Shown piece by piece: positions 24,363-35,300 of a stretch of 64,000 nt of DNA (within the stretch, counting starts at the first letter, position 1; the number at the start of each line of letters is the position of its first letter). The stretch comes from Lytechinus pictus (lineage: Eukaryota). The notes beneath the pieces are model-generated. The model searched no databases, was not told where the DNA came from, and saw nothing but the letters and a program-made list of their open reading frames with translations. The translations under genes and the position numbers were made by a program. Location of the stretch: the NCBI RefSeq assembly GCF_037042905.1, contig NC_087246.1:2172001-2236000 (forward strand), read 5' to 3'.

Positions 24363-25894
24363 CCCCATAGAGATTACACGTAAGCAAATTTGAGAATTAC
24401 AAATTCAATTTTGCAAGCGAAAAACGGGCATGATCCTGGCATCTGATCGAAAAATGGAGGGCACACTTCCGAAAGCTTAGAATCTCAGCTACATCATACC
24501 AAAAGCTCAGGGATAACTAACAAGAAAAAATGGAGATATAGCTCACGAAATAGAGGAATGTAGAATCTAGTTTTGAGAAAAAGTCATGTCCCATAGAGAT
24601 TACACGTAAAATGAGGAAAAATGACATGCCTCTTTTCATCGCAATTTTACACCATGATGCATTTTTCCAAATGAAAATTCATGGATACTGACGAGAAAGA
24701 GTACATTCTAAACTACACCATATCGAAATCTAGGCGTAAAATTATCAATATTCACGGAGTTATGATCAAATTTGCATAAATTTGATGACGTCATTTTTGA
24801 AAAAATGAAATTTTCAGTTTAGGCGCAATTTTGATGACGTCATGATCAAATTGAGGGACAATGGTGACATGAAATCAAATCTAAAACTCATACTCTATCG
24901 ATATATGAAAAAAAATTGGGGGTCAACGGACTATTTAAAGAGCTACAGTGAATTTTTAATAGGCATGTTTTTGCCCATATATGGCCTATAGTAAGAGCTC
25001 GCGCGCACACGTGCTGCAAAGTTTAACGGGTGATAATTTCGGTATTACTTGTCGTAGAAGGTTGATCAAGGTATCAAATTGTTCAGAATTATATTATCGG
25101 TGTATTGATATAAAAAAATTAGGCGATTCTGTGTTGAAAGATGCAATTACGTGCGAAAACGCGCGCGCATGTGCGTGCGCGCGTTTTTTTTTTAAATGCT
25201 TAAAATGGCCTGAAACGTATGGAAAATTAATTTGGAACGAATTTGAGCATTTTAAAATTTTAATGCGCGCGTACGTGCGCGTCGAGGTGCGCGCGCGGAA
25301 TTTGATGAAATTTTTAGTTGACCGTTGACCTGAAGTTGATGTATACCAAATATAGTTGATTTTTGATTACTCGTTATCGAGATATGATAATGACCTGATT
25401 TTTACAAAATGGCGCCTGGATGACGTCACGATGACCTAATGACCTTGAAAAAGTTGATTTAACTTGAAATCATAGGGCTTGATGACTGACAGAAATTTGA
25501 AGGAAATTGACCATGTCGATTTCGAGTGAACGTGTGTACAAAAAAGTGTACGGAAGAAATAAAAATAAACTAGATTTTAATTCGTCATGCGGACGAATTA
25601 GGTGGTCTGTCCTTATTCTCGCCATCATGATCACTATTACCATGTTCAAGCAGATCAATATGATCTTCATGATGACAACGGAATGTTCATTATGGATGGA
25701 ATACTTGTGAAAGACGGGAGATGATAAAGCACTGTGAAAAGGGTCTCTTTGATATATGAAAATACATGTGATATGAAAAAAGTAATTATAATCTGTTTAA
25801 TCTTGCTAAATTTTAACTTTAATACCTTTTAATTATCATAAAGGATCATGTACGAGGTGGTAAAAAGAAAAAAAAATGAAAAAAAAATCATCTT

Positions 25895-25967
25895 GTTCAC
25901 CCCCAGGACTCGAACCTGCGCCCCCGAGAACTCAAGTCAAGTGCGTTATCCATTGAGCCACGATATT
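25895..25967 (-). ncRNA. tRNA-derived Pol III cassette, array A unit 6
   Basis: B box 25916-25906, A box 25960-25950. Confidence 0.65.
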
Positions 25968-27192
25968 CCCCATAGAGATTACACGTTCCCATAGAGATTA
26001 CACGTAAGCAAATTTGAGAATTACAAATCCAATTTTGCAAGCGAAAAACGGGCATGATCCTGACATCTGATCGAAAAATGGAGGGCACACTACCGAAAGC
26101 TTAGAATCTCAGCTACATCATACCAAAAGCTCAGGGATAACTAACAAGAAAAAATGGAGATATAGCTCACGAAATAGAGGAATGTAGAATCTAGTTTTGA
26201 GAAAAAGTCATGTCCCATAGAGATTACACGTAAAATGAGGAAAAATGATATGCCTCTTTTCATCGCAATTTTACACCATGATGCGTTTTTCAAAATGAAA
26301 ATTCATGATAACTGACGAGAAAGAGTACATTCTAAACTACAACATATCGAAATTTGGGCGACAAATGATCAATATTAACGGAGTTATGATCAAATTTGCA
26401 TAAATTTTATGACGTCATTTTTGAAAAAATAAAATTTTCAGTTTAGGCGCAATTTTGATGACGTCATGATCAAATTGAGGGACAATGGTGACATGAAATC
26501 AAATTTACAACTCATACTCTATCGATATATGAAAAAAAATTGGGGGTCAACGCACTATTTAAGGAGCTACAGTGAATTTTTAATAGGCATGTTTTTGCCC
26601 ATATATGGCCTATAGTAAGAGCTCGCGCGCACACGTGCTGCAAACTTTAACGGGTGTTAATTTCGTTATTAATGGTCGTAGAAGGTTGATCAAGGTATCA
26701 AATTGCTCAGAATTATATTATCAATGCAATGATATAAAAAAAATGGCGTTTCTGCGTTGCGTTGAAGGCGTTACGCGCGGAAACGCGCGCGCATACGTGT
26801 GCGTGCGCAAATTTTTGAAATGCTTGAAATGACCTAAAACGTACTTTACTTTGGTCAAAAAGTGATTTTGAGCATTTTAAAAATTTGACGAGCGCGTACG
26901 CGCGCGTCATGACCTCCAGGTGACCTTTGATGACATGACCTGTTGACCCTTGACCTGAAGTTGATGTGATGTTAATTTAATTGATTTTTGATAATTGATA
27001 ATGGAGATATGATCGACAATGTGATTTTACAAAATGGCGCCTGGATGACGTCATCATGACCTGATGACCTTGAAAAAGTTGATTTTACTTGAAATCATAG
27101 GGCCTGATGACTGACAGAAATTTGAAGGAAATTGACCATGTCGATTTCGAGTGAACGTGTGTACAAAAAAGTGTACGGAAGAAATAAAAATA

Positions 27193-29395
27193 AACTAGAT
27201 TTTAATTCGTCATGCGGACGAATTAGGTGGTCTGTCGAGATTTTTCATTCATTGTCGGCTAATGTTGTATAAAATGAATCCCGTGAATGAATCATTGAGA
27301 TATGATTGATAATCTTGATCATAGACATCAAAGGAATAAATTTTGATCATTGCTAAATGTGATTATAAATGTAGTGATGATAATCGTGATGATTATAATG
27401 ATGGTGGTGATAATGCAATATGTTAAATACGAAATAAAGTTAGGAGCACGTAAAATGCCTTAAAAACTCCTTAAAAATCTCAGACGATTTTACCGAGATT
27501 GGCTTTCCAAAATTGCGCAATGAAAGGCGCCTTAATTTTCACAGCAGCTAATTTTTAATCGACAGTTTGATGTTTTTTATGCAAAATCTTGTTAAAAATT
27601 CTTTGTACTTTGAGCCTTTTTTTTTTAGCTTTGAGCATTTTTTTTAAAGATTTGACCCACTGACATTTCACAATGTCAGTAGGTATTAATTTCACAGAAT
27701 ACTTGAAAATTCATAATTGATACTTTTTAAAAGCTAAAATATCTTAAATATTTTTGTTCAAATTTTCTGCTACATTTCAATAGATTTTAATGGGAAGTTT
27801 CACAATGCTATAATTTCACAGCATTCACATCAAAACTCATCAGTGATGTATTTGATAAAAGAACCAAGTAGATTTTTTTTGGAAATGTTTGCCAAATTTC
27901 TGCAAATTTTTAAACATTTCAAATAATATTTTCCTTCAAAAATTTTCAATATCCATTTATTAATTGTGTACGACTTTGACATTTACTTGAAAATTCTTTC
28001 TTGATGATTTTTACTAAAAAAAGTCAGGTAAAAGATTCAAATACTGGCGATTTTCCCGCAAAATTTCGGGAACATGTGTAATTAACCCAATTGCACAATT
28101 TTTTCATTTCACAGAAGGTACCTGAAAATTTGTTATATGTTTATATTAAGTAAAAATGAACAAACAGATAAAAAATCCAGGAATTTCCGCAAAATGTCCA
28201 GAATAAAATTTGTCAACCCAATAACGTTTAAATATTGCTGCGTTTACTACAAAAATACATAAATGATGTTTTACAATATTAAAATTGCCCTTTAAAAAGT
28301 TCCGGCAAAATTACAAAATATCTCCTACATAAGTAACCGCAAAGCAGGTGGGCTTAAAATTTTCAGGAAGACCGTACAATTGATTAATGAAGCATTTTCT
28401 TTAAAAAATTCTCAAAAATTAGGTCCAGAAAAAAATAGCAAAAACTTAAACAAGTCATAACACACTGATGCTCTGGTCGAAAGTGAAAATTAGTCACACG
28501 TTATTTGTAGAGAATTGTCTTCACTACATCATATCAAAATTTGAGATAAAATCGACCACTAATAACGAAGATACAGCCAAATATAAACAAATACATTGAT
28601 GAATTGCCGAAAAAACGTTTTTTAACTTCGATTGTAATTTTGATGTAATCACAAAATCTCCAAATGAGATATTGACTATATCCAAGAGTGAGGAAAAATT
28701 GGGGGTCAATGGACTATTTAAAGAGCTACAGTGAATTTTTAATAGGCATGTTTTTGCCCATATATGGCCTATAGTAAGAGCTCTCGCGCACACGTGCTGC
28801 AAACTTTAACGGGTGTTAATTTCGTTATTAATGGTCGTAGAAGGTTGATCAAGGTATCAAATTGCTCAGAATTATATTATCAATGCAATGATATAAAAAA
28901 CGGCGTTTCTGCGTTGCGTTGAAGGCGTTACGCGCGGAAACGCGCGCGCATACCTGTGCGTGCGCAAATTTTTGAAATGCTTAAAATGACCTGAAACGTA
29001 CTTTACTTTGGTCAAAAAGTGATTTTGAGCATTTTAAAAATTTGACGAGCGCGTACGCGCGCGTCGTGACCTCCAGGTGACCTTTGATGACATGACCTGT
29101 TGACCCTTGACCTGAAGTTGATGTGATGTTAATTTGATTGATTTTTGATAATTGATAATGGAGATATGATCGGCAATGTGATTTTACAAAATGGCGCCTG
29201 GATGACGTCATCATGACCTGATGACCTTGAAAAAGTAGATTTTTCTTGAAATCATAGGGCTTGATGACTGACAGAAATTTGAAGGAAATTGACCATGTCG
29301 ATTTCGAGTGAACGTGTGTACAAAAAAGTGTACGGAAGAAATAAAAATTCTGGCGAAATTAATAGGTGATCTGTCGTTGACAGACCACCTAATAA
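27193..29395 (-). mobile_element. Complete ~2.2-kb non-autonomous Helentron (HINE-like) with both termini
   Basis: 5' end TT-ATTAGGTGGTCTGTC-AAC-GACAGATCACCTA (29395-29363) and 3' end subTIR/hairpin/CTAG-TT (27236-27193). The 15-bp subTIRs ATTAGGTGGTCTGTC / GACAGACCACCTAAT are exact reverse complements. Interior 27237-28693 is unique in the window, AT-rich and non-coding. Confidence 0.78.
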
Positions 29396-32300
29396 AGAAG
29401 AAAGAATTGAGCTAGAGTATTTCCCATAGACTTTACACGTAAGGAAAATACGAGAATATCCAATCCAATTTTGCAAGTGAAATACGGGCATGATCCCGGC
29501 ATCTGATCGAAAAGGTAGGTTGACATTTTCGAAAGCTTAGAATCTCAGCTACAATATACTAAAAGCTCAGGAAAAACTGACAAGAAGAAATGGAGATATG
29601 GCTCACGAAATAGAGGAATGTCGAATCTAGTTTTGAGAAAAAACCATGTCCCATAGAGATTGCACGCAAAATGAGGAAAAATGACATGTCTTTATTATTT
29701 GCAATTTTTTAGGATGATCCGTTTATTAAAATGAAAATTAAAGGCAATAATTCAGAAAGAGTAAGACTTAGGCTACAACATATCGAAAAATAAGAGAAAA
29801 ATGATCAATATTCACGGAGTTATGATCAAATTTGCATATATTTGATGACGTCATTTTTGAAAAAATGAAATTTTCAGTTTAGGCGCAATTTTGATGACGT
29901 CATGATCAAATTGAGGGATAATGGTGACATGAAATCAAATCTACAACTCATACTCTATCGATATATGAAAAAAAATTGGGGGTCAATGGACTATTTAAAG
30001 AGCTACAGTGAATTTTTAATAGGCATGTTTTTGCCCATATATGGCCTATAGTAAGAGCTCTCGCGCACACGTGCTGCAAACTTTAACGGGTGTTAATTTC
30101 GTTATTAATGGTCGTAGAAGGTTGATCAAGGTATCAAATTGCTCAGAATTATATTATCAATGCAATGATATAAAAAACGGCGTTTCTGCGTTGCGTTGAA
30201 GGCGTTACGCGCGGAAACGCGCGCGCATACCTGTGCGTGCGCAAATTTTTGAAATGCTTAAAATGACCTGAAACGTACTTTACTTTGGTCAAAAAGTGAT
30301 TTTGAGCATTTTAAAAATTTGACGAGCGCGTACGCGCGCGTCGTGACCTCCAGGTGACCTTTGATGACATGACCTGTTGACCCTTGACCTGAAGTTGATG
30401 TGATGTTAATTTGATTGATTTTTGATAATTGATAATGGAGATATGATCGGCAATGTGATTTTACAAAATGGCGCCTGGATGACGTCATCATGACCTGATG
30501 ACCTTGAAAAAGTAGATTTTTCTTGAAATCATAGGGCTTGATGACTGACAGAAATTTGAAGGAAATTGACCATGTCGATTTCGAGTGAACGTGTGTACAA
30601 AAAAGTGTACGGAAGAAATAAAAATTCTGGCGAAATTAATAGGTGATCTGTCGTTGACAGACCACCTAATAAAGAAGAAAGAATTGAGCTAGAGTATTTC
30701 CCATAGACTTTACACGTAAGGAAAATACGAGAATATCCAATCCAATTTTGCAAGTGAAATACGGGCATGATCCCGGCATCTGATCGAAAAGGTAGGTTGA
30801 CATTTTCGAAAGCTTAGAATCTCAGCTACAATATACTAAAAGCTCAGGAAAAACTGACAAGAAGAAATGGAGATATGGCTCACGAAATAGAGGAATGTCG
30901 AATCTAGTTTTGAGAAAAAACCATGTCCCATAGAGATTGCACGCAAAATGAGGAAAAATGACATGTCTTTATTATTTGCAATTTTTTAGGATGATCCGTT
31001 TATTAAAATGAAAATTAAAGGCAATAATTCAGAAAGAGTAAGACTTAGGCTACAACATATCGAAAAATAAGAGAAAAATGATCAATATTCACGGAGTTAT
31101 GATCAAATTTGCATATATTTGATGACGTCATTTTTGAAAAAATGAAATTTTCAGTTTAGGCGCAATTTTGATGACGTCATGATCAAATTGAGGGATAATG
31201 GTGACATGAAATCAAATCTACAACTCATACTCTATCGATATATGAAAAAAAATTGGGGGTCAATGGACTATTTAAAGAGCTACAGTGAATTTTTAATAGG
31301 CATGTTTTTGCCCATATATGGCCTATAGTAAGAGCTCTCGCGCACACGTGCTGCAAACTTTAACGGGTGTTAATTTCGTTATTAATGGTCGTAGAAGGTT
31401 GATCAAGGTATCAAATTGCTCAGAATTATATTATCAATGCAATGATATAAAAAACGGCGTTTCTGCGTTGCGTTGAAGGCGTTACGCGCGGAAACGCGCG
31501 CGCATACCTGTGCGTGCGCAAATTTTTGAAATGCTTAAAATGACCTGAAACGTACTTTACTTTGGTCAAAAAGTGATTTTGAGCATTTTAAAAATTTGAC
31601 GAGCGCGTACGCGCGCGTCGTGACCTCCAGGTGACCTTTGATGACATGACCTGTTGACCCTTGACCTGAAGTTGATGTGATGTTAATTTGATTGATTTTT
31701 GATAATTGATAATGGAGATATGATCGGCAATGTGATTTTACAAAATGGCGCCTGGATGACGTCATCATGACCTGATGACCTTGAAAAAGTAGATTTTTCT
31801 TGAAATCATAGGGCTTGATGACTGACAGAAATTTGAAGGAAATTGACCATGTCGATTTCGAGTGAACGTGTGTACAAAAAAGTGTACGGAAGAAATAAAA
31901 ATTCTGGCGAAATTAATAGGTGATCTGTCGTTGACAGACCACCTAATAAAGAAGAAAGAATTGAGCTAGAGTATTTCCCATAGACTTTACACGTAAGGAA
32001 AATACGAGAATATCCAATCCAATTTTGCAAGTGAAATACGGGCATGATCCCGGCATCTGATCGAAAAGGTAGGTTGACATTTTCGAAAGCTTAGAATCTC
32101 AGCTACAATATACTAAAAGCTCAGGAAAAACTGACAAGAAGAAATGGAGATATGGCTCACGAAATAGAGGAATGTCGAATCTAGTTTTGAGAAAAAACCA
32201 TGTCCCATAGAGATTGCACGCAAAATGAGGAAAAATGACATGTCTTTATTATTTGCAATTTTTTAGGATGATCCGTTTATTAAAATGAAAATTAAAGGCA

Positions 32301-35300
32301 ATAATTCAGAAAGAGTAAGACTTAGGCTACAACATATCGAAAAATAAGAGAAAAATGATCAATATTCACGGAGTTATGATCAAATTTGCATATATTTGAT
32401 GACGTCATTTTTGAAAAAATGAAATTTTCAGTTTAGGCGCAATTTTGATGACGTCATGATCAAATTGAGGGATAATGGTGACATGAAATCAAATCTACAA
32501 CTCATACTCTATCGATATATGAAAAAAAATTGGGGGTCAATGGACTATTTAAAGAGCTACAGTGAATTTTTAATAGGCATGTTTTTGCCCATATATGGCC
32601 TATAGTAAGAGCTCTCGCGCACACGTGCTGCAAACTTTAACGGGTGTTAATTTCGTTATTAATGGTCGTAGAAGGTTGATCAAGGTATCAAATTGCTCAG
32701 AATTATATTATCAATGCAATGATATAAAAAACGGCGTTTCTGCGTTGCGTTGAAGGCGTTACGCGCGGAAACGCGCGCGCATACCTGTGCGTGCGCAAAT
32801 TTTTGAAATGCTTAAAATGACCTGAAACGTACTTTACTTTGGTCAAAAAGTGATTTTGAGCATTTTAAAAATTTGACGAGCGCGTACGCGCGCGTCGTGA
32901 CCTCCAGGTGACCTTTGATGACATGACCTGTTGACCCTTGACCTGAAGTTGATGTGATGTTAATTTGATTGATTTTTGATAATTGATAATGGAGATATGA
33001 TCGGCAATGTGATTTTACAAAATGGCGCCTGGATGACGTCATCATGACCTGATGACCTTGAAAAAGTAGATTTTTCTTGAAATCATAGGGCTTGATGACT
33101 GACAGAAATTTGAAGGAAATTGACCATGTCGATTTCGAGTGAACGTGTGTACAAAAAAGTGTACGGAAGAAATAAAAATTCTGGCGAAATTAATAGGTGA
33201 TCTGTCGTTGACAGACCACCTAATAAAGAAGAAAGAATTGAGCTAGAGTATTTCCCATAGACTTTACACGTAAGGAAAATACGAGAATATCCAATCCAAT
33301 TTTGCAAGTGAAATACGGGCATGATCCCGGCATCTGATCGAAAAGGTAGGTTGACATTTTCGAAAGCTTAGAATCTCAGCTACAATATACTAAAAGCTCA
33401 GGAAAAACTGACAAGAAGAAATGGAGATATGGCTCACGAAATAGAGGAATGTCGAATCTAGTTTTGAGAAAAAACCATGTCCCATAGAGATTGCACGCAA
33501 AATGAGGAAAAATGACATGTCTTTATTATTTGCAATTTTTTAGGATGATCCGTTTATTAAAATGAAAATTAAAGGCAATAATTCAGAAAGAGTAAGACTT
33601 AGGCTACAACATATCGAAAAATAAGAGAAAAATGATCAATATTCACGGAGTTATGATCAAATTTGCATATATTTGATGACGTCATTTTTGAAAAAATGAA
33701 ATTTTCAGTTTAGGCGCAATTTTGATGACGTCATGATCAAATTGAGGGATAATGGTGACATGAAATCAAATCTACAACTCATACTCTATCGATATATGAA
33801 AAAAAATTGGGGGTCAATGGACTATTTAAAGAGCTACAGTGAATTTTTAATAGGCATGTTTTTGCCCATATATGGCCTATAGTAAGAGCTCTCGCGCACA
33901 CGTGCTGCAAACTTTAACGGGTGTTAATTTCGTTATTAATGGTCGTAGAAGGTTGATCAAGGTATCAAATTGCTCAGAATTATATTATCAATGCAATGAT
34001 ATAAAAAACGGCGTTTCTGCGTTGCGTTGAAGGCGTTACGCGCGGAAACGCGCGCGCATACCTGTGCGTGCGCAAATTTTTGAAATGCTTAAAATGACCT
34101 GAAACGTACTTTACTTTGGTCAAAAAGTGATTTTGAGCATTTTAAAAATTTGACGAGCGCGTACGCGCGCGTCGTGACCTCCAGGTGACCTTTGATGACA
34201 TGACCTGTTGACCCTTGACCTGAAGTTGATGTGATGTTAATTTGATTGATTTTTGATAATTGATAATGGAGATATGATCGGCAATGTGATTTTACAAAAT
34301 GGCGCCTGGATGACGTCATCATGACCTGATGACCTTGAAAAAGTAGATTTTTCTTGAAATCATAGGGCTTGATGACTGACAGAAATTTGAAGGAAATTGA
34401 CCATGTCGATTTCGAGTGAACGTGTGTACAAAAAAGTGTACGGAAGAAATAAAAATTCTGGCGAAATTAATAGGTGATCTGTCGTTGACAGACCACCTAA
34501 TAAAGAAGAAAGAATTGAGCTAGAGTATTTCCCATAGACTTTACACGTAAGGAAAATACGAGAATATCCAATCCAATTTTGCAAGTGAAATACGGGCATG
34601 ATCCCGGCATCTGATCGAAAAGGTAGGTTGACATTTTCGAAAGCTTAGAATCTCAGCTACAATATACTAAAAGCTCAGGAAAAACTGACAAGAAGAAATG
34701 GAGATATGGCTCACGAAATAGAGGAATGTCGAATCTAGTTTTGAGAAAAAACCATGTCCCATAGAGATTGCACGCAAAATGAGGAAAAATGACATGTCTT
34801 TATTATTTGCAATTTTTTAGGATGATCCGTTTATTAAAATGAAAATTAAAGGCAATAATTCAGAAAGAGTAAGACTTAGGCTACAACATATCGAAAAATA
34901 AGAGAAAAATGATCAATATTCACGGAGTTATGATCAAATTTGCATATATTTGATGACGTCATTTTTGAAAAAATGAAATTTTCAGTTTAGGCGCAATTTT
35001 GATGACGTCATGATCAAATTGAGGGATAATGGTGACATGAAATCAAATCTACAACTCATACTCTATCGATATATGAAAAAAAATTGGGGGTCAATGGACT
35101 ATTTAAAGAGCTACAGTGAATTTTTAATAGGCATGTTTTTGCCCATATATGGCCTATAGTAAGAGCTCTCGCGCACACGTGCTGCAAACTTTAACGGGTG
35201 TTAATTTCGTTATTAATGGTCGTAGAAGGTTGATCAAGGTATCAAATTGCTCAGAATTATATTATCAATGCAATGATATAAAAAACGGCGTTTCTGCGTT

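Larger units (their letters stand above)
17254..27192 (-). repeat. Array A: six tandem ~1.6-kb Helentron/HINE-derived units, each with a 3' end but no 5' end
   Basis: AACTAGATTTTAATTCGTCATGCGGACGAATTAGGTGGTCTGTC starts at 17254, 19108, 20735, 22338, 23965, 25568 and 27193. Unit lengths 1854 (includes a 240-bp MITE), 1627, 1603, 1627, 1603, 1625. Confidence 0.92.
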
